Below, one piece after another: positions 14,130 to 25,864 of a stretch of DNA of 64,000 nt (position 1 is its first letter; every line of letters begins with the position of its first letter). The notes beneath the pieces are model-generated. The model was given only the letters and a program-made list of their open reading frames with translations, made no database searches and was not told the DNA's origin. The stretch is from Mobula hypostoma (taxonomy: Eukaryota): positions 95,110,001 to 95,174,000 of the forward strand of contig NC_086097.1 in NCBI RefSeq assembly GCF_963921235.1. Reading direction: 5' to 3'. Position numbers and translations under genes: made by a program.

Positions 14130-14630
14130 AGGAAAGATGTGATTAAGCTAGGGGAGGTGCAGAAAAGATTCATAAGGATGTTGCCTGGACTGGTGGGTTT
14201 GAGTTATAAGGAGAGATTGGAAATGCTAGGTCTGTTTTTCCTGGAGCAAAGGAGGCTGAGAGGAGACATGATAGAGATAAATAACATTATGAGAGGCGTA
14301 GATAAGGTAACTAACCAGAGTCTGTTTCCATGGCAGGGGTGCCTAAAGCTTTGAGGGCACAGGGTTAAGGTGAGAGGGAGGAGGTTTAAAGGGGATCTGA
14401 GGGATAAATTTTTCACACAGAATGTAGTTAGTACCTGATGTGAGCTACTGGGGCAGGTATGAAGGTAAGAACAGGAAGAGCATTTAAGGGGTATCTGTAC
14501 AGGTACTTGAATAAGCAAGGCATAGAGAGATACAGAATTAATATACAAACGTAGGTAAGCATGGTTAATCTAGATGGCTGCAAAATCCGCAGTGGGCCCA
14601 TGGGCTTGTTTCAATCCTGTATAAATCCAT
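14130..14630 (+). mobile_element. CR1 3' fragment
   Basis: VQKRFIRMLPGL…LEQRRLRGDMIE. Confidence 0.8.
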
Positions 14631-17600
14631 GCCTCTGTTCTGAGTGAGGAAAACACAAGGGTTAGGGTTAGAATAGGGAATCCATCAGGAATCTGAAGGT
14701 CTGTTCAATGGGCCAGAACATCCAGCTGCTCTCTGCCAGTAACTTAGCTGACAGAAATAGCCACAGCGCTGGCTGATCGGCTACCCCCACTAAGCCTATC
14801 AAACTTCCAGAGTTCAGTGAATTTCATCTACAGCACAAGTAAAACTAGCCCCCAGCAAAAAATGATTTTTCAAATCAAGTTCAGCACCTACCTTGTACAA
14901 GTGATTGCATGGATAATTATTGCCAAATGTATAACTACGTTTCAAATAGATTGTTTAATTTGAATGGATAGAACTTTTTTTTAGCCTTTTCAGTATTTAA
15001 TTCTATTTGAATCGGAATATAACAATTATGCACAACTTCATAATTCTTTGTATGATTTTGTAGAATGAATATCACCACTTGCAGAACCAGTAAAGGACTC
15101 TGCCAATCTGTGTTGCTTTATAAATGTTATTTTTCACAGCTAAACCAAGACCTGACTGGAACAGATTTTATTGACAGGTTATTGATTTCTGTAATAAAGT
15201 AATATCAGACAGAGGCAGTAGGAACACAAGGTACTTTATGACTGCCCACAGGTAAATTTTCATGGGCAGGTGGCAATGAGTTTGAGTCCCATGGCTCTTT
15301 GTGCAGAGAATGAGCGCACACTGTCTCACCTCCAACTTCAGCACTCTGAGCAGATGCATTTCCTTTAACAAGACTTCTAACATAGCTACCCCCAACTTTC
15401 CACTGCAACACTAGCCACTTCAGAATAAGAAAGAGTTAGATTTTATATTTTTAAAGTTTTTTCCTTATAACACAAGAACAGGCCTTTTTGCTCACTGGGT
15501 CTATGCCAGCTTTTTGGCTCAAGCTCATCAGTCCCATCCCCACACTTATTTCCCTACAACCTATTGTCTCTCACATGTGCATTGACTCCTCCCCATCTCC
15601 TGCCAAACACTTCAACGAGAGTGATTTACAGTGGCTAATTTAGAACGTAGGAGGAAACATTAGCACCCAGAGGAAACCTATAGAGGGAAATCGCGCAGAC
15701 TTCACTTAGGTAGCTTCCATAGTTCGGATTGAATCCAGTTCACTGATAGCACGATTGTACCGCTGTCCTCCTCAGGTCTCACTCAGCCAGAGACCTCCAG
15801 CATTCTAACTATCAAGGTACAGTAAAAACAATGTTGGCAGTGCCCAAATCGTTGATAGTGGAGGCTGCTCGCTGGCATAAAGGTTCCAAGGGAACAGTAG
15901 AGAGAGGTTCCAAAGGTCATCCACTCAGACACCTTCTGCTCTGAAAGTAAGTGACAGCTATCACTCCATGTTGGCAGCTCTAAGGTCTTAGCTCATCAAG
16001 GAGAGTGAAGTTGAATGTCCAGACCTGCTGTCTGCCACCTTCTTACCAGTGACCACGCAAAGCATCAGCAAGTTTGCTGAACTCCTGTGCTTACAATCTA
16101 ATTCGTGTTGTTGTCCCGGTAAAAGTAGAAGAAGTTAGCACAGCCCCAGAACTGGTTCTCTGACCTCATGGGCAAGGATGACACTTGAATTTCCTTCATG
16201 AATGAGGAAAATAGAGTGAAAATAGACCAGGGTAAAGCAAGATGATAATCAAAGAGCACAAATCTGCTTGTGCCCTACATCTGAGGGGGAAAAAAAGCAG
16301 AAAATACCGGAAGCACTCAGCGCGTCAAGCAGCATCTGCAAATGGAGAAACACCAGGGCAATAACTTTCATCAGAATTGGAGAAAAGGAGAATGAGAATT
16401 ACAATCAACTTTAATATCACTGGCATATGTCGTGAAATTTGTTAACTTTACAGCAGCAATACAATGAAATACATGATAAATATATACAGAGAAATAAAAC
16501 TGAATTACATTAAATATATATGTCTATTATTAGGTTAAAATAAGTAGTGCAAAAAAAACAGAAGTAAAAAAGTAGTGAGGTAGTGTTCATGGGTTCAATG
16601 TCCATTCAGAAATTGGTTGGCAGAGGAGAAGGTGTTCCTGAATCACTGTATGTGTACCTTTAGGTTTCACTCATTTATTTTAAATTGTGCAGGAGGTTAT
16701 ACAGAACAGAGAGAATGTCCATAGTAATATGTTACAGCCCGATAATTTCCTCCATTTTCCCCACCAACTCACCCACCCACCCACACTGCCTCATTCTGGA
16801 CAGAAACAGTTAATATTTCAGGTCGATGCCCTTTCATCAGAAATGGAAAAATGAAAAATGTGCACTTTTTAAGTTGCAGAGAAGTGTTGGATTGGAGACT
16901 AAGTATGTGGTAAAATGGCGATCTATCACAGACTCTAAAATATGGGATGAGAGGGGGAGGTGCAGAGAATGCGAAAGAAACTATTCTACAGGACTCGATA
17001 ATGGTCTCTAATAACCTGTGACAGACACACACACACACACATTGATATCTCCGCCCCTCATACGCTCTGCAACTTCAAACAGGTTTGTTCTCTCACTTTT
17101 TCAGTTCTGATGAAAGGCCAACGACCTGAAATATTACCTCTGTCAACCTCTCCTCAGATGCTGCCTGACCTGCTAAGCATCAGGAGCATTTCCTACTTTA
17201 ATTTTAGCAAAGAAATATTTGATTGGAAACTTGACTTCATTTGAAATACTCAGCAGATCAGGCTGCAGCAATTTGGAAAAGCAACAGTTAACATCCCAAT
17301 GGTGGCACTGCTTTTACTTGATCCCCTCCCCCATCCTTTCTGCAAATTAACAAACTTCCTTTGTCTCTGTCTCAGATCTGACAAAAGGTTTTCAGTTTGA
17401 AACATTAACTCTGATTCTCTTTTCACAGATTCAGCCTGGCCTTCTGAGTATTTCCAACATTATCTGTTTTTTTATTGAACTAAAAGACAACTGTTATTGC
17501 AGAGAACGCCCAGGTCTTTCTTGCATAATACCCTAGGATATTCAATGTCTATCTGAGGAATAAGATGGCTTCCAGATTTAATGTCACTCACAGAAGGAAG

Positions 17601-19147
17601 GGGAGTACTGGAAGGAATGTACAAAATTTTTGATGGAACAATGGCACATTAATTAAACTCTAAATGCCACCTCACTGCAGGTAATGAAATGAGAGGATGA
17701 CTACTCGAATATCTCACTTGAAAAGAGGCACTTCTCACACTGTAGCACTCTCTCAGTATGGCATTGAAGTGTCAGCCAAGATTATACAACATTTTTCAAG
17801 AATCCCTTCTCTAAGATCATTCTGCACTAAAATATTTCCATCAGATAACAGTATCTACAGACATCGGAAAGAATTTGGAAGACTACAGCATATGGTCCAT
17901 AAAGTCCAGATTTTGGTTTCAAAGATAAAGCGCAGAAGTACAGGCACAAGCCTGCTCAGAGATGTTATGCTTGGATTGGGATCTGATGTGGTTGAAGTGA
18001 ATAAACTCTGGGAAACAGGAATGCTACATTCAGTTGAAGAATGCCTTTATCTGCACTGTGTCATTTCTGGTATGCTGCAGTGTTATCCAAAGTAACCACT
18101 CAGTGAAACAGCCAACGAGCTGGGCCAGAGTCACGTTGGGGCCTTACTAATTCAAACACTTAGATTTATGTAATCTCTTCCATAAGTTCAAGATGTTTTA
18201 TAAGCATTGAAATCTTTCTAGAGTGCATTTATAAAGCAGGGATCAGCAGCATTTTTCCATGCATTAGAAGACATTGTTTGTTTGCACAACAAAGTGCAAA
18301 CTACCAGATAATTTTAACATTTGGATTCCACAACTCAATTCAAATTTCAAATTTGGAAAGGTTATGAAATTGGGGAAATACAGCAAAGAACTCATGGCCC
18401 GTGGAGCAGGAGCATTTTGTGATGACACAGAGGACTTTGAGCTTACCCATCAAACACAGAGTTGGTGGATTCCACCTGAACCAACCACCCTATCAAAACC
18501 TAGTGCCTGTCTGTAGCAGAACCTGCTGGTCCCACATTGATCTCGTCAGCTTCCTCAGAACTGGAATGGAAACAAGTCTTCCTCAATTCCAAGGGACTAC
18601 TCAAGAAGAAAGATGAAACACCAATCTACAGCCAGTTACCAAAAGCTTGCCACTTGTTCTTAAACAGGTCAGTCGCTATTCCATTATTTTCATTAATCAT
18701 AGAGTGGCACAGGACAGAAAACGGCCCTTCAGCTCGCTGACTGTATTGTACATCCATATTAATCCTATCTGCCCTCATTAGATCTGTATCTTTCAGTGCC
18801 TTCCTATATCAGGGTCTGTTTAAATTCCTGTTAAACATAGTAATTGCATCTGATTCATCACATTTTCTGGGTGCAATTTCTGCCTGTTACAACATGATGC
18901 GGCCAACAGTCACATCTTCACCTCTTCTCACCTTTCTGTATTTTGCAGGGACTGCTCACTCTGTGACTCACTGGGCCCCTCTCTGTTACTACGCACCACT
19001 TCCCATCCATGGCACTTGCAGATGTTCCACCTCCCTTTCACCTCTTTCCTACACCTTCATCCAAGGACTCAACAGTCATTCCAGACAAAGCAGCAATTCA
19101 CTTGTACTTCTCCCAACCTCGTCAAGCCAACCATATGATCTTAAGTC

Positions 19148-19840
19148 AAACAACAGGAATTCTGCAGATGCTGGAAATTCAAGCAACACACATCAAAGTT
19201 GCTGGTGAACGCAGCAGGCCAGGCAGCATCTATAGGAAGAGGTGCAATCGACGTTTCAGGCTGAGACCCTTCGTCAGGACTAACTGAAGGAAGAGTGAGA
19301 AGGGATTTGAAAGCTGGAGGGGGAGGGGGAGATGCAAAATGATAGGAGAAGACAGGAGGGGGAGGGATAGAGCCGAGAGCTGGACAGGTGATAGGCAAAA
19401 GGGGATACGAGAGGATCATGGGACAGGAGGTCCGGGAAGAAAGATGGGGGGGGGTGACCCAGAGGATGGGCAAGACGTATATTCAGAGGGACAGAGGGAG
19501 AAAAAGGAGAGTGAGAGAAAGAATGTGTGCATAAAAATGAGTAACAGCTGGGGTACGAGGGGGAGGTGGGGCCTAGCGGAAGTTAGAGAAGTCAATGTTC
19601 ATGCCATCAGGTTGGAGGCTACCCAGACAGAATATAAGGTGTTGTTCCTCCAACCTGAGTGTGGCTTCATCTTTACAGTAGAGGAGGCCGTGGATAGACA
19701 TGTCAGAATGGGAATGGGATGTGGAATTAAAATGTGTGGCCACTGGGAGATCCTGCTTTCTCTGGCGGACAGAGCGTAGATGTTCAGCAAAGCGGTCTCC
19801 CAGTCTGCGTCGGGTCTCACCAATATACAAAAGGCCACAT
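19148..19840 (-). mobile_element. Penelope-like element 3' part (GIY-YIG C-terminus), present in the left arm only
   Basis: ORF 19573-19830 (YIGETRRRLGDRFAEHLRSV…EEQHLIF). The empty site is at ~51140-51155. Confidence 0.88.
19246..19285 (-). ncRNA. Minimal type-I hammerhead ribozyme motif (Penelope-associated)
   Basis: agtc-CTGACGA-agg gtctcag cct-GAAA-CGTC-gatt, with a palindromic ACGU stem III. Confidence 0.7.
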
Positions 19841-22066
19841 CACTCTGTGCTTTGAAAACTCTTCACCCAGGTCTGAGGAAACTTGATTATCCCAAAAAAT
19901 TGACTACTTTCCCTTTCCACAGATGCTGCTTGACTAGCTGAGATCTTCCAGCGTTTTCTGCTTTTCTTTCAAAATTCTATCAGGTCCTTGGGATTTTCCT
20001 GTTTTCAGGCCTATGAACTTATGTATCTAGTAGTTTTTCTTTAATGGTACTAATCTCTTTCACTTTATAAGTTCTGGATACTTGGTTTTCTGATACTTCA
20101 AAAGATTTTGGTGATTTCTGGGAAGATAATACAAATTATTTATCTAATTCCTCTGTTATTTTTTTCTATCTTCATCTATAAGGAATATTAAATTGTACAC
20201 TTGTACTTTCACTTTTACATACTTACGGAAGCTCGTGTTGACTGTTTAGTCTCATATACTTTTTTTTTCTTCCTTTATCAATTTCTTGGTCATTTCTTCA
20301 ACGAATTCAAAAACAAATGTGGTCTGTGGACTTCCTATTTTGCCTGAAAACTTTATAAGTATTTTCATTAGATTTGATATTCCCTCCGCTTCTATGTACT
20401 AGCCACCTATCAGTTCCCAGCCTCTGTCTCACAGCTTCCTTTCACTTCATGGTCATTCTCCCCCTGCATTCTCAGCCCTAATGCAGGGCTTTGACCCAAA
20501 ACATTGACTTTCCTTTTGCCTCTACAATTGCTTCGTCACCCATTGACTACTCTCTAGCAGTTTATCTTTTCCTCTGGGTTCCAGCACCTGCTGCCTCTTT
20601 GGTCTCCTGGACCACTTGTGTTTCTGTAAAGAGATATATTTTTGTTGCAAAGCACATCATATTTCTGGAAAAGATGGTCCTTGTCTTTCCACTTTTCCCA
20701 GTCTGCCATTCATGCCTTTGGTTTCCTTTGTTTGGGTTGAAAGCCTGAGCACATGATTCTATCCCTTGAACCCAATAATATTTTGCCAAAGCTTTGGCTT
20801 TGGGTAGGCCATTACTTACCCATAAATGAACACAGCTTGATTACAATGGATAGGTCACAAAATATTGAAGTTAACGCTAATTTCCCAAAATTTTGATAAA
20901 TTGCTGCATAAAATTTTGTGCAACAGGTTAAACCAATAAATTATGAGCAATTCTCAAACCACTGGAGGAATGAAATGAATCACAGCAGCATCTGTGGGGG
21001 GAATTGGACATGTGATGTTTTGGGTCAAGTCTGTTATTCTGAACTGAAAGATATAGGGAGATGGTCAGTAGAAAGAGGAGGAGGAAGGGGTGGGGTGAGA
21101 GCTGGCAGGTGATAGGTGGATCCATGTAACTGGGGGTGATAGAATAGGGCTAGAAGCTGGGAGCTGATTGGTGGAGGTGACAAGGGCTGAATATGATGGA
21201 ATTTGATAGGAGAGGAAGGTGAATCATGGGATAAAGAGAGGAGTGTGGGAGAGCAGAGGGGAATAGAACAGAGGGAAGCCAGTATAATGAGTTGTGGCAT
21301 AAGGGGCAGATGGAGAGAGTGGAGTGGAAGGAGACATGGTGACAGGGGCCAAGTGTTGCAGGTGTTGTTTTGTTGCATCTGTAGTCTTTTGTTGTTTCTA
21401 AACTACAGGCAATTCCAGGGTAGATTCCAAATATCTCCTCAATTTTGTGCTCTCTGCCATAGAGTCATAGAGAGATATGGCATGGAAACAGGAGCCTGGG
21501 CCCACTGAGTCTACACTGAACATCAGCTACCATTTACACTAATCCCCACATTCACATCAATGCACTTATCTTCCACCACATGCTGAAACACTCAAGGAAA
21601 TATACAGTGGCCAGTTAACCCACCAACCTGCATATCTTTGGGGTGTAGGAAGAAATCAGAGCCCACTGAGGAAATATATGTGGTGACAGGGAAAACATGT
21701 TAACTCTCAACAGAGGTACTGGAGGCCAGGACTGAACCCAGGTCTCTGGATTTGTACGGTAGAGGCTCTATTATCTACACCACTGTGCATCGTTGACTTC
21801 AACACCACTGGGTTAGTGATGGAGAAGTAGCATCCAGGCCTCACAACCCAGCCACTCACCTGTGAATGCTGCTGGAAAATGCAGATGCATTGGGGTTGAC
21901 TGCAGTGTACTCTTCTAAGGATACCTTTGACATAGCGAACAAACAGTGTTTGTGATGTACAGCAGGATTTCCAGTCTGGGAAAAGTGAGAATCTTATACA
22001 AGGTGTTAATCGTAACCTCAGAATGACTTACTGGCACTTTGCAGACGTTGAAGTACTTTTGAAATA

Positions 22067-22222
22067 CAGTGGATTCCAATTAATTGGGACCAGTATATTT
22101 TGTTCCACTTGTGCAGCCGCCCCAATTATCTGAAGTTTCATAGAAATAGTTTAAAAGGTTTAAAAAAGACAAACTGAGAAACAAATTATGTAGTTAAATG
22201 AAATACAGATCAAATTTGAACA
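22067..22222 (-). mobile_element. Tigger-like MITE, first part (continues at 30017-30445 after a 7.8 kb nested insertion)
   Basis: TA|CAGTGGATTCC terminus. Joining gaaca|ttaccaatac restores the sequence seen in the intact copies. Confidence 0.8.
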
Positions 22223-22223
22223 G

Positions 22224-22542
22224 CAGCCAATCAAGAGATTGGGAGCGAGAGAAGAGGTGACTCTCACAATCGGTGAGTGTGCATTAAAAAGCATTGCTTC
22301 ACTGGAACTTCAGTGTTTGCACAGCAGTCAGTCAGAGATTGTGAGCAAGAAAAGAGGTGACTCACACATTTGCATGGGTGCAGTAAAAAGCAGCACTTTG
22401 TGGAAGTTTCAGCGTTTGAACAACCACCAATCAGAAACTGAGAGTAAGGGAAGAGGTGACTCACATAGGTCTTATGGTCTTGTGAAATGCATTAAAAAGT
22501 AGTGCTTTGCAAGAGTTTTGCCAGTTGAACATCGATCAATCA
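22224..22542 (+). repeat. Three diverged ~100-115 bp tandem monomers with CCAAT / TGACTC / TATA-like motifs
   Basis: cagccaatca…gaagaggtgactc…gcattaaaaag…gtttgaaca recurs three times. Confidence 0.75.
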
Positions 22543-23500
22543 GAATCAGGTACAGTATCACCATATTTCGTGAAATTCATCATCTTAGCGGCAGCAGTAC
22601 AATTCAATGCATGATAATATAGGGAAAAAATAAATAAGTAAATCAATGACAGTAAGTATATCTATGCACATTAAATTTAAAAATGTGCAAAAACAGAAAT
22701 AATAAAAGTGAGGTAGTGTTCATGGGTTCAATGTCCATTTAGAAATCAGATAGCAGAGGGGAAGAAACTGTTCCTGAATCACTGAGTGTGTGCCTTCAGG
22801 TCCTTCCTACCTGATGGTAACAATGAGAAGAGGGCATGTCCAGAGGGATGGGGGTCCTTACTGATGGACGCCACCTTTCTGAGGTACCACTCCTTGAAGA
22901 TGTCTTGAATACTAAGGACCCAAGATGGAGCTGACTAATTTTACAACTTTCTGTAGCTTCTTTCAATCCTATACAGTAGCTCCCCATACCAGACAGTAAT
23001 GCAGGCTGTCAGAATGCTCTGCACAGTACATTTGTAGAAGTTTGATTGTCTTAGGTGATAAATCAAATCTCCTCAAACTTCTAATGAAATACAGCCACTG
23101 TCTTGCCTTCTTTATAGCTGCATCAGTAGGTTGGTCCCAGGATAGATCCTCAGCGATATTGAAACCCAGGAACTTAAAATTGCTCACTCTCCCCACATCT
23201 GATCCCTCTATGAGGACTGGTGTGTGTTCTCACTCTTTCTGAAGTCCATAATCAACTCTTTAGTCTTACTGACAGTGAGTGCAAAGTTGTTGCTGTGGCA
23301 CCACTCAACTAGCTGGTATATCTCACTCCTATATGCCCTCTCGCCTCCATCTGAGATTCTGCCGACAATGGTTATATCATCAGCAAATTTAGAGATGGCA
23401 CTTGAGCTATGCCTAGCCACACATTCATGGGTAGCTCACACATTCAGCTCAAATCCCTGAGGTGCACCAGTGTTGATTGTCAGCAGGGAAGAGATATTAA
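22543..23500 (-). mobile_element. Rex1/Babar LINE 3' half
   Basis: KFADD and FKFLG motifs (ORFs 23208-23420 and 22969-23196), with a (ctgatt)n tail. Confidence 0.85.
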
Positions 23501-23625
23501 TACCAATCCACTCAAAGGTTTCAAAGATACATTTAATATCAGAGAAATATATACAATATACATTTTGAAATTCTTTTCCTTTGCAAACATCCACGAAAAC
23601 AGGAGCGCCCCAAAGAATGAATGAC

Positions 23626-24030
23626 AGTGAGGTCTCACGAGTGCTTTATCGAGTCTCAACATCACAGCCCTGCTCTTATATTCTATACCTCTAGAAATGA
23701 ATGCCAACATTGCATTTGCCTTCTCCACCACCGACTCAACTTGGAGGTTAACCTTTAGCGTATCTTGCACAAGGACTTCCAAATCCCTTTGTATCTCTTC
23801 ATTTTGAATTCTCTCCCCATCTAAATAATAGTCTGCCTGTTTATTTCTTCCACCAAAGTGTATGACCATACACTTTCCAACATTGTATTTGATTTGTCAC
23901 TTCTTTGCCCATTCCCCTAAACTATCTAAGACTCTCTGCAGGCTCTCTGCTTCCTCAACACTGCCCACTCCTCCAACTATCTTTGTACCATCGGCAAATT
24001 TAGCCACAAATCCATTAATCCCATATTCCA
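23626..24030 (-). mobile_element. CR1 RT fragment
   Basis: HFGGRNK…QRDLEVLV…LAFISRGIEYK. Confidence 0.8.
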
Positions 24031-25864
24031 AATCAGATGCCAGGCAGGATAGATGAGGTCTCCTTTTGCAGGATGTGGAAAGGCAGGGGGAACTCCAGTG
24101 TCCTTGATGATTTCATCTGCACGATGTGGTACATATAGGTACCAAATACAAAGATAGGAAGAGGCACGAGATTCTGCAAAGTGAGTGCAGGGAGTTAGGT
24201 CCTAAGTTGGAAGGCAAGATCTCTAGGGTTGTGATCTCAGGATTGAGGCCAGAAATAGGAAGATCATACAGTTTAACACATAGCTAAGGAGTTCGTGTAG
24301 GAGGAAGGGCTTCAGATTTTTAGATCATTGGGCTCTCTTCCAGGGAAGGTGGAACATGTACAGAAGGGATAGTTTGTATCTTCGCTGGAGGGGGGTCTAA
24401 TATCCTAGTGGGAGGGATTGCTAGCACTGTACAGAGTAGGATAAACTAGGGGGATGGGAAGCAGAATGCCAGATCAGCTAGCAGCTGTGGAGGCTAATGT
24501 TGGTAAGACCTCAGACAAAGTCAGGAATCAAACGGTTGAGCATGGTGCGACTAGTGTCCTGAGCTGAAGATTATTGAAGGCAGGTGTGCTCAGGTCATGG
24601 ATCAACACATGGATTTATGATACTGGAGCCATCAGTGAGACTTGGTTGTAGGAGGGGTAAAACTAGTAGCTCAATATACAGGGGATCCGTTGTTTTAGAT
24701 GTGATAAGAGTGGGAAGGGGTGGCATTACTAGTCAGGGAAATTGTCAGGCAGTGCTCAGTCAGAACCTACTTGAGAACTCGTCTAGTGAGGCTTTATGGA
24801 TGGAAATGAGGAATAAGAAAGAGAGTGCGCGATACTTGATCTGCTATGAGGGAATGATACAGGGCAGGTGACAGAAGTTTGTGTAGGGGAATATTTTGCC
24901 TATAGTGACCATAATGCTATTAGCTTCAAGGTATGGAAAGGAGTAGGTCTGGACCTCGGGTTGAGATTCTAATTGGAGAAAGGCCAATTTTGATGGTATC
25001 AGAAAGGACTGGGACAGGCTGTTTTCTGGAAAAGATGTACTTATTAAGTGGGAGGCCTTTAAAAGTGAAATTTTGAGACTACAAAGCTTGCATGTGCCTA
25101 TCAGCATAAAAGGCAAAGATAACAGGTTTTGGGAAACCCTGGTTTTCAAGCGATATTAAGGCTCTGGTTAAGAAAAAAAAGGAGGTGCATAGCAAGTATA
25201 GGCAGATAGGAAGAAATGAGGAGCATAAGAAATGCAAGAGAAGGAAATCAAATCAGGAGAGCTAACACAGGGCATGTGGTTGCTCTAGCAGACAAGATGA
25301 AGGAGAACCCTAAGGGCTTCCACAGACATGTTAAGAGGAAAAGGGACAAAATTGGTCCCTGGTAGACTAGAATGGTAATCTATGCATGGAGCTGAAAGAG
25401 ATGGGGAGATCTTAAATAGATATTTTGCATCTGTATTTACTCAGAAGATGGTCACGGAGGTTATAGAAGTGAGGCAAAGCAGCAGCGAGGTCATGGACCC
25501 TAAACAGAATACAGAAGAGGAGGTGTTTGCTGTCTTGAGGCAAATTAGGGTGGACAAATCCCTTGGCCCAGGCAAGGTGTTCCCTCAGATCCTGAGGGAG
25601 GCAAGTGCTGGGGCCCTAGCAAAGATATTTAGATCATCCTTGGTGACAGGTGAGGTGCTGGAGGATTGGAGGATAGCCAGTGTTTTTTCCGCTGTTTAAG
25701 AAAGGCTCTCAGAATAAACCAGAAAACTGTAGGCCTGTGAGCCTGACCTCAGTAGTGGGAAGGTTACAGTGACTATAAAAAGTATTCACTCTCCTCCCCT
25801 TGGAAGTGGAAAAGTTACTGGTAAGTATTCTAAGAGAACAGATATATGAGTATTTGGAAATACC

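Noticed and set aside
14658..14678. Telomere-like GGGTTAGGGTTAG
   Set aside because: Only two units, which is expected by chance.
17697..18095. 132-aa ORF
   Set aside because: It begins in a SINE remnant and has no recognisable domain.
20491..21508. Duplicated short ORFs (also at 42356-42820 and 50176-50474) as a small gene pair
   Set aside because: They are low-complexity translations of decayed repeat sequence. Their identity is explained by the inverted duplication.
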